Shown one piece after another: positions 44,457-54,100 of a stretch of 64,000 bases of DNA. The notes below the pieces were generated by a model. It ran no database searches. It saw only the letters and a list, made by a program, of their open reading frames with translations, and had not been told where the DNA came from. A program made the position numbers and the translations under genes. The stretch comes from an uncultured delta proteobacterium (GTDB taxonomy: Bacteria > Desulfobacterota > Desulfuromonadia > Desulfuromonadales > JACZKF01), in assembly GCA_963816395.1 (NCBI GenBank), contig CAWFKQ010000006.1, positions 96,001 through 160,000 on the forward strand. The letters run 5' to 3'. The number at the start of each line of letters is the position of its first letter. Position 1 is the first letter of the stretch.

Positions 44457-44753
44457 TCAGCAGCAGCTGCTCCCGTCGTCGCAGTCGCAGCTCGGTTCCT
44501 GCCCGGTCAGCCAGCCGTGGATGATGGCGCTGGCGCAGCCCACCCCCGGCGTGACGGCGATCGCCGCGCTTGGGCAATTACGGGCGCAGGCGCCGCATTC
44601 CATGCAGCCGTCCCGGTCGGCCAGATCGGCTTTCCCCGCCGCCAGCACAAATACTCCGTGTGGACAGACCAGCGCACACAGGCCGCAGCCGATGCATTTC
44701 CCGGTATCCAGCCGCAGGCTGGTTACTCCTTCCAGATAACGGAACTTTTCCAT
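44457..44753 (-). CDS. hgcB: Mercury methylation ferredoxin HgcB
   Basis: CIGCGLCALVCPHGVF, CMECGACARNCP, GVGCA and a C-terminal CC; directly downstream of hgcA. Confidence 0.96.
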   Translation of the reverse strand: MEKFRYLEGVTSLRLDTGKCIGCGLCALVCPHGVFVLAAGKADLADRDGCMECGACARNCPSAAIAVTPGVGCASAIIHGWLTGQEPSCDCDDGSSCC

Positions 44754-44789
44754 AAGATGCGTCCAGCAAGCGAGATGAATGTGTTATAA

Positions 44790-45959
44790 TTAAAAAGCAG
44801 AGCCGATCCACATGGCGCCGGCAATCAGCAGCGCTGCCCCCTGCAGTGGGATGCGCCCGGCGCATTTCCTTCTCCACGCCGGAAGGGGAGGTGAAGGGGG
44901 TGGAGCCGGTGAAGTTCATCCCGGCATAGGAGGCCACCGCGGACACAGCAAGCACCATGGCTCCCCCGGTCGCCACCGGCAGCCCCAGGGCGATGGCGGC
45001 GGCCAGGGCGGAGACGCCGCCGGCAAAGGCTCCCTTGGCGGCGAAGGCCCGTCCCGGCAGCCAGGGAAGCAACAACGGGGTCAGGACGCAGCCGGCCAGC
45101 AGCCCGGCCAGGTAGGCGAGGACGGCCGCCCCGCCCCGCTCCGGCGGCGGCGGACAGGGTGAAGAAGCCCGGGCCCAGGCCGCCCAGCAGCAGGAGCGCC
45201 GGCAGGTCCAGAGGGTGATCCCGCGCATTCCGGTCAACTCCACCGGGGTGAGGATCAGCCGTTCGCCGGCGCTGAAAGTGACCCGCCGCATGCTCGGCGA
45301 TGCCTGCATGCCGGCGGCCAGGAAAGAACGGATATCACCCGCCCGCACCGGCCCGTAGACCACCCGGAAGCCGCACTCCTGGCGCACCCGGTGGGCGGCT
45401 ACGCCGGGGGCCGCCAACTGCGGCAGAACCAGGACGCGGTGGCTTACCACCTGCTCCAGCCTGGCCGCCCGTACCTGCCGGATTACCTCGGCAGTGCCGA
45501 AGGTCCCCTTGCCGGCGGCGCACCAGACGTTGATCCCCCGGGTGTCGAGAACCAGGAGCCAGGCATCCAGACCGACCAGCTCCCGGCGCAGCAGGTCGAA
45601 GGTCATCTTGTAGTTGGCGGTAACCAGGACGGGAGAGGCGGGAGTGGGGTTTCCGACGGCATACAGCCCGGGTCTGATCCGGTAGCGATGGCGCCCGAGC
45701 CCCCAGCGCATCTGCCAGCGGCCGAAAATATCCGCCCAGGTGAGGAGAGAGGAGACCCGGGGGATTTCGCCGCCGGCGGCCTTCACGGTACCGTCGATGC
45801 AGGGCCAGTCACGATAGGGAAAGCCTGTCCCGGGCGGTGCGCCGACGGCGCACAGCAGGAGTCGGTGGCATTTTCCGGCGCCGCACCCGGCGGCGCTTTC
45901 GGCGGTCAACACGCCGTTCCGGCCGGTTTTTCCGTTTTCTTGTCGCCTTTTTCGAGCAC
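44790..45959 (-). CDS. hgcA: Mercury methylation corrinoid protein HgcA, with probable Cys-Sec N-terminal extension (several indels)
   Basis: TANYKMTFD; cap helix GINVWCAAGKG; PQLAAPGV; YGPVRA; TM domain; NFTGSTPFTSPSGVEKEM. GTG start with TAAGGA RBS. Confidence 0.96.
45878..45896 (-). promoter_or_regulatory. Putative bacterial SECIS element
   Basis: GCGCCGC-CGGGT-GCGGCGC hairpin separated by 9 nt from the in-frame TGA (45906-45908). Confidence 0.7.
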
Positions 45960-45971
45960 TGGGGGTCCTTA

Positions 45972-47040
45972 TTAACCGGTTTTCCGCCCGCCGCAAGACT
46001 TCAGCCGCTGGTGGGCGAAGCGCAGCAGGCGTTCGGTGGTCGGCCAGTCAATGCACTTGTCGGTAACCGAGACGCCGTAGCGGAGTTGTGAAAGGTTCTC
46101 GGCAATCGGCTGATTGCCGGCTTCCAGATTGCTCTCGATCATCACCGCGCAAATGGAGCGGTTGCCGCCACTGAGCTGATCGATCACATTGATCAGGACT
46201 TCCTCCTGACGATTATGGTCTTTGTAGCTGTTGGCATGGCTGCAGTCGACCATGATCGCTGCTTTCAGCCCCGCCGCGGTCAACAGTCTCCTCGGTCCGG
46301 TGAATGTCCTCCGGCTGGTAATTGGGTTGATCGTTGCCGCCGCGCAGGACGATATGCACCTCAGGATTGCCGCTGGTCTGGACGATGGAAGTGCGCCCCT
46401 CGTTATTGATGCCCAGGAAGCTGTGCGGGTGCAGCGCCGCATTCATGGCATCGATGGCGATCTGCAGGTTGCCGTCGGTGCCGTTCTTGAAGCCCACCGG
46501 GAAGGAGAGACCGCTCGCTACCTCCCGGTGGGTCTGCGATTCGGTGGTGCGGGCGCCGATCGCCCCCCAACTGATCAGGTCGGCGAGATAATGAGGGGTG
46601 ATCGGGTCGAGCATTTCACAGGCCACCGGCAACTCCATTTCGGTAATGGCGCTCAGCAGGCCCCGGGCCACCCCGAGGCCCTTGGAAATCTGGTGGGTGC
46701 CGTTGCGGTCCGGATCGTTGATCAGGCCCTTCCAACCGATGGTGGTGCGTGGTTTTTCAAAATAGACCCGCATCACCAGCAAAAGCTGGTCGGAGAGCTC
46801 CCGGGCGAGCGCGGCCAGCCGCCCGGCGTAATCGAGGGCTGCGGTCGGATCGTGGATGGAACAGGGACCGACCACCACCATCAGCCGCGGATCGCGTTGG
46901 TTCAGGATGTCGGTGACCTGGGCGCGGGCGGCGGTGACGAAATCGGCGCCCCGCTCCGCCAGGGGGAAGATCTGCTTCAGATCGTTCGGGGCGATGATCG
47001 GCGTCAGGCCGCGGATGCGAAGATTGCTGGTGCGCTTCAT
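45972..47040 (-). CDS. aroF: 3-deoxy-7-phosphoheptulonate (DAHP) synthase, class I-alpha (frameshift at about 46290)
   Basis: VGPCSIHD, RVYFEKPRTT, GARTTESQ, DCSHANS and SVTDKCI motifs. Confidence 0.95.
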
Positions 47041-47248
47041 GATCGGTACCCTCAGGAATTTAAGTGCCGCTCCGCCTCCGGGGAGGGATCGGCTGGAGGC
47101 GCCAATCTAGCGACTTTCCCGCGAAAAGTCAAAAACTTCTAGCGATTTCCACACTCCCGGGAAAGGGTTTGACACCCCGGCGCGGATTCGAGTATAAAAG
47201 GTTTTCAGCTATTTGCGCGTCAAAATAACCGGTTAAGAAGGAGAGACG

Positions 47249-47545
47249 ATGGGAGTCCTCGGCGAGATAGTGATGGTCTTCGCCCAGATGGTCAACTTGC
47301 TGGTCACCGTCTATATCTACATCATCGTGGCGCGGGCGATCATTTCCTGGGTGAACCCCGATCCCTACAATCCCATCGTGCGTTTCCTTCATAATGCCAC
47401 CGATCCTCTCCTCTACCGCATTCGGCGGTTCATTCCCCTGCAGCTCGGCGGCATCGATTTTTCCCCCATCGTCCTGCTCTTCGCCCTTTACCTGCTGCAG
47501 CGGATCATCATCGTTCTTCTCACCCGGCTGGCCTACAGCCTCTGA
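47249..47545 (+). CDS. yggT: YggT family membrane protein
   Basis: ISWVNPDPYNPIV and GIDFSPI motifs. Confidence 0.93.
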   Translation: MGVLGEIVMVFAQMVNLLVTVYIYIIVARAIISWVNPDPYNPIVRFLHNATDPLLYRIRRFIPLQLGGIDFSPIVLLFALYLLQRIIIVLLTRLAYSL

Positions 47546-47558
47546 CGGAAAGAGCGCC

Positions 47559-48092
47559 ATGAGCATAACGCCCATCGACATCCAGCAGCACCAGTTCCGG
47601 ACCCGTCCCCTGGGTTATGAAAAAGCCGGCGTCGACCATTTCCTTGAGCTGGTGGCGGAGGAAATCGAGCGCCTGCACCGGCAGAACCAGGAGCTCAAGG
47701 AGAGCCTGGCCCGCACCCGCTCCTCCCTGGAGGAAATGCGGGCGCGTGAGTTGACCTTGAAGGAGACCCTGCTGACCACCCAGAAAGTGACCGACGAACT
47801 GAAAGCCAATGCCCGCAGGGAAGCGGAAAACATTCTCACTGAGGCCCAGCTGCGGGGGGAAAGGATCGTGCGGGATGCCGAAGAGCGCCGCATCCAGCTG
47901 ATTGGCGAAATTCAGGAGATCAAAAGGCAGAAGATCGCCTTCCAAAGTCGTTTGCGGTCGCTGGTGGAAACCCATATGCGCCTGCTCGACCTGGATGTCG
48001 TGGCGGTCGAGGGGCAGCACGAGGAACGGCTTCTGGAGCAGACCCTTCCCTTTGGAGAGAGAGGAAAGGTTGCCGGGGCGGAGGGCGGCTGA
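47559..48092 (+). CDS. DivIVA domain protein
   Basis: ITPIDIQQHQF...GYEKAGVDHFL followed by a coiled coil. Confidence 0.9.
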   Translation: MSITPIDIQQHQFRTRPLGYEKAGVDHFLELVAEEIERLHRQNQELKESLARTRSSLEEMRARELTLKETLLTTQKVTDELKANARREAENILTEAQLRGERIVRDAEERRIQLIGEIQEIKRQKIAFQSRLRSLVETHMRLLDLDVVAVEGQHEERLLEQTLPFGERGKVAGAEGG

Positions 48093-48400
48093 TGGCTCCT
48101 TTTCTCCGCCAGGCCGGAGAGGGAGTCGGCATCGACGTCTATGTCCAGCCGCGGGCCAGCCGCAACGAAGTGGTCGGCCTGCAGGGAGAAGAACTGAAGA
48201 TCCGCCTGACCTCCCCACCGGTAGAGGGCGCGGCCAATCGCCTGTGCACCGATTTTCTCGCCCATCTCCTGGGGGTGCCGCGTCGCGATGTCATTCTGCT
48301 GGCCGGGGACAGGTCCCGGCATAAGCGCCTCCTGGTGCGGGGACTCTCCCTGGAGGAGATACGGCGGACGCTGGCCGCCCACCTTCCACTTTCCTCCTGA
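48092..48400 (+). CDS. DUF167 (YggU) family protein
   Basis: VQPRASRN, PPVEGAAN and GDRSRHK motifs. Confidence 0.92.
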   Translation: MAPFLRQAGEGVGIDVYVQPRASRNEVVGLQGEELKIRLTSPPVEGAANRLCTDFLAHLLGVPRRDVILLAGDRSRHKRLLVRGLSLEEIRRTLAAHLPLSS

Positions 48401-48499
48401 AATTCTCTGCCCCAGCTTCCGCAATCAACCATTTCTTGTCTCCGAGGTCGTCGCCGCCGCCCGCTACCTATGCCGGCCGGGCACAGAAAAGACCTGAGA

Positions 48500-48565
48500 A
48501 CTGTTTTGATCGTTGACGACAGCCTGGCCCTGAGGCGGCGCCTGGAGCGGATCGTCACCAGTTCC
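48500..48565 (+). pseudogene. Relic N-terminus of a response-regulator receiver domain
   Basis: TVLIVDDSLALRRRLERIV, after which similarity is lost. Confidence 0.45.
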
Positions 48566-48645
48566 GATAGACGCCGGGGCAGATGGCACTGTTCATCAAC
48601 CGGCGGGGCTTGTAGAAAATCTGTCCCGGATCGGAGATCGGACAT

Positions 48646-48685
48646 GGGGGGCGGCACCCGCGGGTGCCGCCCCCCCTGTTTTTTT
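48646..48685. terminator. GC-rich palindromic terminator
   Basis: 30-bp perfect palindrome GGGGGGCGGCACCCG|CGGGTGCCGCCCCCC followed by a T7 run. Confidence 0.8.
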
Positions 48686-50740
48686 CTACTGCGCCGGCAG
48701 CGGCCCCACGTAGAAAGGACGCATCATCTCATTGTCCTCGTGTTCGAGGATGTGACAGTGCCAGACGTACAATCCGGCCAGGTCGAAGTTGGCCTTGATG
48801 AAAGTGACCTCCCCGGGATAAGCGATCACCGTGTCCTTCCGGCCGGCCTCCCAGGGCTGCGGTGATTCGGCGGGGCCGGTGAATTGCGGCTGTGGCGGAT
48901 CGCCGGTCCTGCCGTTCAGCAGGTACTGCATCTGGTCGTCGATGAAAGCATCGACATCGAAGGGGCGGCGTTCGAGCACCTCGAAGGTCACCAGATGCAG
49001 ATGAATGGGATGGGCATCGGCGGTCAGGTTGATCAGGCGCCAGACTTCAGTGTCGCCGACCATCGGGTTTTCGGTAATCGGCGCCATCCAGGGAAGGGGT
49101 CCCGCTGCGGCGGTGCCCAGTTCCGCTTCTATCGGGATTTCGTCGTTCCCGGGAACGGGGAAGGCGATTTCGTTCAGGGTCAGGTCGCGGGTGGTTCTTT
49201 CAGCCCCCAGGGGCTCGATAGCCGGCAGGGAAGTCGGGATCGCCCCAGCGTTCCCTTCCTTGCCGCCAACCACGACTCTGAACTGCATCACCTGACCGGT
49301 GGTGGCGGGATCGGCCGGCTCGAAAGCCTCTTCCGGCTCGCCGCCGCCGAAGGGCTCGTCCGGACCGAGGTTAAGCAGTTGAATCTTATCGCCGGGGGAG
49401 AAGCCGGAAAAATCGACCAGCACATCGGCTCGCTCCGCCGGTGCCAACAGCAACCTCGGGAGTTGGAGCGGGGAGCCCGGCAGCAGCCCCCCTTCGTTGC
49501 CGATCTGGTGGAAGGGAAGTTCGGTGTTGAATTTGAGGATGAGGAAACGGGCATTGCAGCCATTGAGAATCCGCAAGCGGTAGAGGCGCGGCTCCACCTC
49601 CAGGTACGGCCAGGTATTCCCGTTGACTACGATGGTATTGCCGAAAAATTCCGGGTTCCAGATGGGGGCGACCGGTGTGGCCGGAATATACGGGCCCGGA
49701 TAGCCGTCGAAGAAAGCCCGGGTATCGGGGTAGAAGAGGGATCCGTCGGTGTTGAAGGAGCGGTCCTGGATCGCCAGCGGGATTTCGTAATAGTGTTTGC
49801 CGGGCGGGTCGCCCGGCGCCGGTGCCGGGCCGGGGAGGTTGGCTGTTTCCTCATCGGCGCTGCGAATCAGCCAGAACCCCGACATCCCCGCATACACGTT
49901 CAGGCGTGTCATGCCCAGGGTATGGTCGTGATACCACAGCGTGGCGGGACGCTGGTCGTTCGGGTATTCGAACCAGGCGGCGCCGGGCGGCGCCGGTTGG
50001 ACCGAGCGGTATCTGGTGCCCTGGATGGCGTAGCCCGGCGGGATATCCTTGGCGTTTGGCAGATACCAGGCTTCCGGGTAGCCGTCGCTGATGTCCGGCA
50101 CGTGCGCCCCGTGCAGATGGGTGACGATCGGCACGGGGCCGGTATATGGACCTGGTGTGGTGGTGAAAGCCGGTCTCTGGTCACGGCCTTCAATCCCTCC
50201 CGGCGGGTTGGCCCAGTGCAGGGTCGGGTCAACCGGCAGCAGATGAGGCAGATAATTCCGGTTCTGATCGGTCAGCTGATTTTCCCACAGTACGCGAATG
50301 GTCTGATCTTTCTGGGCTTCGATGGTATAGGCAGGCCAGTGAAAGGTGCGGTTGGCCTGGGGTCCGTTTTTGGGATCGGTGGCCAGGCCGTACCCCCAGA
50401 CGGTGGTGGCCGGCCATCCCTCCGGAAGGACCTGCTGACTGAACTGGCGGACGCCGATCTTGTAAAGGGTGAAAGGGGAATCTTTGCCGGTCTGCCCCTC
50501 CGGCGGCATGGCCGGCGGGATTACCAGCGGGGTGACATATTGTGGGATGCTCGTCGGGTCGAGGGGCTGCCGTTCGGTCTGGACGGAGATCCCTGTCGCG
50601 GCGGCGGCCGCCACTTCGGAAGAGGCTGCCGATGAGGTTGTCGAACCGTCGCCTGAGGAATCGCCGCAGCCCCAGGCAGAAAGGGCGAGAACGGCGGCGG
50701 CAAGCCATGAAATCCACTTGTAGGTCCCGAGTGCTCTCAT
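48686..50740 (-). CDS. Multicopper oxidase lipoprotein (CotA/bilirubin oxidase-like)
   Basis: THLHG, WYHDH, HPIHLH and WHCHILEHEDNEMM copper motifs; lipobox-like SAWGC; GAGGAGG RBS. Confidence 0.95.
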   Translation of the reverse strand: MRALGTYKWISWLAAAVLALSAWGCGDSSGDGSTTSSAASSEVAAAAATGISVQTERQPLDPTSIPQYVTPLVIPPAMPPEGQTGKDSPFTLYKIGVRQFSQQVLPEGWPATTVWGYGLATDPKNGPQANRTFHWPAYTIEAQKDQTIRVLWENQLTDQNRNYLPHLLPVDPTLHWANPPGGIEGRDQRPAFTTTPGPYTGPVPIVTHLHGAHVPDISDGYPEAWYLPNAKDIPPGYAIQGTRYRSVQPAPPGAAWFEYPNDQRPATLWYHDHTLGMTRLNVYAGMSGFWLIRSADEETANLPGPAPAPGDPPGKHYYEIPLAIQDRSFNTDGSLFYPDTRAFFDGYPGPYIPATPVAPIWNPEFFGNTIVVNGNTWPYLEVEPRLYRLRILNGCNARFLILKFNTELPFHQIGNEGGLLPGSPLQLPRLLLAPAERADVLVDFSGFSPGDKIQLLNLGPDEPFGGGEPEEAFEPADPATTGQVMQFRVVVGGKEGNAGAIPTSLPAIEPLGAERTTRDLTLNEIAFPVPGNDEIPIEAELGTAAAGPLPWMAPITENPMVGDTEVWRLINLTADAHPIHLHLVTFEVLERRPFDVDAFIDDQMQYLLNGRTGDPPQPQFTGPAESPQPWEAGRKDTVIAYPGEVTFIKANFDLAGLYVWHCHILEHEDNEMMRPFYVGPLPAQ

Positions 50741-51151
50741 TGATCCTCCTCCTCGCGTGTGGCTTTTTTCTCGAACTCCTTTTCTCCCCTCCCCGAACAG
50801 AACCCAACCAGGCTCATAGAGGGATGCTCTGTGCCTGAGTCCTGCAGATCGCATTGAAAATTAAGTGGATTTAAATAAACAAAAGCAGAGAAAATGACGC
50901 TGTCAAGAGGAGTTAGAGGAAAAACATGCAAGTGGCGGAGGCGCGGACGCTGTCCGTTCGGGAGGCTGAGTTTGTAGCGGTGGGGCGGCTGTCACCGACC
51001 CGCTGGCGACCCCTATCCCGCAATCCCCTCTTCCCGTTCGCCTCAACTTGGTTTGACAAACCATAAAATCTTGTTTTACAGTGTTGCCGGTGTAATGGTC
51101 CAAGGCTCCGACTCCTCCGGGAATGAAGCCTTGCCTCTGGGGAGGCCGCGC

Positions 51152-53157
51152 ATGTCTTTGCAAATTGCCCAATGGGCCGTTCTGATCGCGCTTGCTTCCT
51201 CTCTGCTGCCCCTGCCTTTTTTCTCCTCCCGACGCCTTTTCAAGGCACTCGCCTTTGCCCTGCTCGGAGCTTCCGGTCTGGCCGCGCTGGCCGCGGGCGG
51301 GCTGGCCCTTTTTTCCGCCGAGCGGCCGCCCAGGTACTGCCGTTCGGTCTCCCCTGGCTGCATTGCCACCTGCAGCTCGATCCCCTTTCGGGCTTTTTCC
51401 TGCTGATCATCGGCCTGGTGACCAGCCGTGGCGGCGGCTTACGGGCCGGCCTATGTGCGCGAATACGAGGGCGGTGCCCAGCCTCTGGCGCCTCTGACCT
51501 TCTTTACCGGCACCTTCGTCACCGGCATGTACCTGCTGGTGCTGACCGCCGACGCCTTCTCGTTCATGGTCGCCTGGGAGCTGATGTCGGTATCCAGCTA
51601 CTTCCTGGTCGCCTTCCAGCACCAGCATGAGGAAAACCGCAGTGCCGCCTTCATCTATCTGCTGATGGCGCAGATCGGCGGACTCTGCATCCTGCTCGCC
51701 TTCGGGGTGCTGGCCGGCTTCGGCGGCGGCTTCAGTTTCGCCGCCATGGCCGCCGCGCCGCTGAGCCGCGGCTGGGCGAGCATCGCCTTTCTGCTCGCCT
51801 TCGTCGGCTTCGGCATGAAGGCCGGCGTGGTGCCGCTGCACGTCTGGCTGCCGCAGGCGCATCCGGTGGCGCCCTCGCACATCTCGGCGCTGATGTCGGG
51901 GGTGATGCTGAAGGTGGCGGTCTACGGCTTCATCCGCTTCACCTTCGACCTGCTCGGCAACCTGCAGTGGCAGTGGGGCGTGCTCACCCTGCTCATCGGC
52001 AGCATTTCGGCCATCCTCGGGGTGCTCTATGCCCTGATGCAGCACGATCTCAAGCGCCTGCTCGCCTACCACAGCGTGGAAAACATCGGCATCATCTACA
52101 TGGGCCTGGGGCTGGCGCTGCTCTTCGCCGGCAGCGGCCTGCCCGGTCTGGCCGCCCTCGGGATGGTGGCCGCCCTCTATCACTGCCTCAACCACGCCCT
52201 GTTCAAGAGTCTGCTCTTTTTCGGCGCCGGTGCGGTGCTGCAGCAGAGCCATGAACACGATCTGGAGCGCATGGGCGGGCTGCTGCGGCGCATGCCGGTG
52301 ACCGCCGTCTGCTTCCTGATCGGCTGCATCAGCATCTCGGCGCTTCCCCCGTTCAACGGTTTCGTTTCCGAATGGCTGACCTTTCAGGCGGCCTTGCAGG
52401 GGCCGGCGCTGGCGAGCGGGGTGCTCGGCTCGCTGATTCCGGTTGCCGCCGCCGTGCTGGCGCTGACCGGAGCGCTGGCGGCGGCCTGCTTCGTCAAGGT
52501 CTTCGGCGTGGCCTTTCTCGGCCTGAGCCGCGGCCGGCAGGGGCTCCAGGTGCGGGATGCCGCCCCGGGGATGCTCTTCGGTCAGGGGGTGCTGGCGCTG
52601 CTCTGCCTGCTCTTCGGCATCCTGCCGACCTGGACGGTGGGGGCGCTCGACGCCATCCCGCGGCAGCTCCTCGGCCGCGGCCTGCCGGAGGCGACGGCGC
52701 AGGGCTGGCTCTGGCTGACGCCGGTGGCGCCGCAGAGCGCTTCCTACGGGGCGCCGCTGGTCCTTGCCGGCATCGCCCTCGCCTGGCTGCTGGCCTTTCT
52801 CTGGCTGCATCCGCGGCGGCGGCGCACGCCGGTGCGGATCGGCCCCGCCTGGGATTGCGGCTTCGGCCCGCTGAATGCGCGCATGCAGTACACGGCGACC
52901 GCTTTCAGCATGCCGATCCGCCGCATCTTTCGCCCGGCCTGGCCGATCACCGAACGGCTCGAGCCGGCGGCGGGGGAGGCGCCGCCCCGCTACCGGCTGC
53001 AGGTCGGCGACTGGGCCTGGCAGAAGGTCTACCTGCCCATCGGCCGGCTGCTGCTGGCGAGCGCCCGGCGGGTGGCGCTGATCCAGGGGGGAACATCCGC
53101 GCCTATCTCGCCTATTCCTTCTTTACCCTGCTCTTTCTGCTCTGGGTGATCGTATGA
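51152..53157 (+). CDS. hyfB: Hydrogenase-4 B-like (NuoL/MrpA antiporter-like) membrane subunit, cluster 1 (indels)
   Basis: KAGVVPLHVWLPQAHPVAPSHISALMSG, LAYHSVEN, PPFNGFVSEW and WDCG...MQYT motifs. Confidence 0.9.
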
Positions 53158-54098
53158 AGGGGTGGCTGCTGGCGATTCTGCAGACCGGGCTGTTCGCGGC
53201 CGCCGCCCCGCTCTTCGGCGGCTGGGTCAAATGGGTCAAATGCCGGCTGCAGAACCGGCAGGGACCGCCCCCCTGGCAGCCGTACCGCGACCTGGCCAAA
53301 CTGTTCCGCAAGGAGGTGGTGCTCGCCGAACCGGCCTCCCCGATCTTCCGGGCGGCGCCCTACATCGTCTTCAGCGTTACCGCCCTGGCCGGCTCGGTGA
53401 TCCCGCTGGTCGCGGTGGGGCTGCCGACCTCGGCGATCGCCGACGTCATCGTCCTGGTCGGGTTCTTCGCCCTGGCGCGCTTCTTCCTCGCCCTGGCCGG
53501 CATGGACGTGGGGACCGCCTTCGGCGGCATGGGCTCGTCGCGGGAGGTGACGATCTCCTCCCTCGCCGAGCCGGCCATGCTGCTGGCGGTCTTCACCCTG
53601 GCGATGAGCGTCGCCAGCACCAATCTCTCGACGATGATCGGCAAGCTGGCCGGCGCTCCCTTCCAGCTCCATCCCTCGTTCATCTTTGCCGCCATGGGTA
53701 TGGTACTGGTGGCACTGGCGGAAACCGGCCGCATCCCGGTCGACAATCCGGCCACCCACCTGGAGCTGACGATGATCCACGAGGCGATGATCCTCGAGTA
53801 CAGCGGCCGGCATCTGGCGCTGATGGAGTGGGGGGCGATGCTCAAGCTGCTGATCTACGGGGTGCTGCTCGTCAACCTCTTCATCCCCTGGGGGGTGGCG
53901 CGGGACCTGGCCCCGGCCGCCCTCGCCCTCGGCCTGGGGGCGATCCTCCTCAAGCTGCTGCTGCTCGGCGCCGGGCTCGCGGCCGGGGAGACGGCGCTGG
54001 CCAAGATGCGCCTGTTCCGGGTGCCGCAATTTCTCGGGCTGGCCTTCATCCTCAGCCTGCTGGGGATGCTCAGCCACGTGATCCTGGAGGTGCGCTGA
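53154..54098 (+). CDS. hyfC: Hydrogenase-4 C-like (NuoH-like) subunit
   Basis: QPYRDLAKL, FGGMGSSRE and ETGRIPVDNPATHLELTMIHEAMILEYSG motifs. Confidence 0.93.
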   Translation: MKGWLLAILQTGLFAAAAPLFGGWVKWVKCRLQNRQGPPPWQPYRDLAKLFRKEVVLAEPASPIFRAAPYIVFSVTALAGSVIPLVAVGLPTSAIADVIVLVGFFALARFFLALAGMDVGTAFGGMGSSREVTISSLAEPAMLLAVFTLAMSVASTNLSTMIGKLAGAPFQLHPSFIFAAMGMVLVALAETGRIPVDNPATHLELTMIHEAMILEYSGRHLALMEWGAMLKLLIYGVLLVNLFIPWGVARDLAPAALALGLGAILLKLLLLGAGLAAGETALAKMRLFRVPQFLGLAFILSLLGMLSHVILEVR

Positions 54099-54100
54099 CC

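Noticed and set aside
44440..44465. hgcB TGC-TGC-TGA as a second selenocysteine site
   Set aside because: A terminal CC is the normal HgcB end, read-through would enter the convergent lhgO, and I see no convincing SECIS hairpin.
44578..45996. ORF-track version of hgcA (start 45996, end 44578)
   Set aside because: Both ends are out-of-frame artefacts overlapping aroF and hgcB. The RBS and motif evidence favour 45959..44790.
50930..51150. Riboswitch upstream of hyfB
   Set aside because: I could not identify a fluoride, c-di-GMP/GEMM, cobalamin or Moco consensus.
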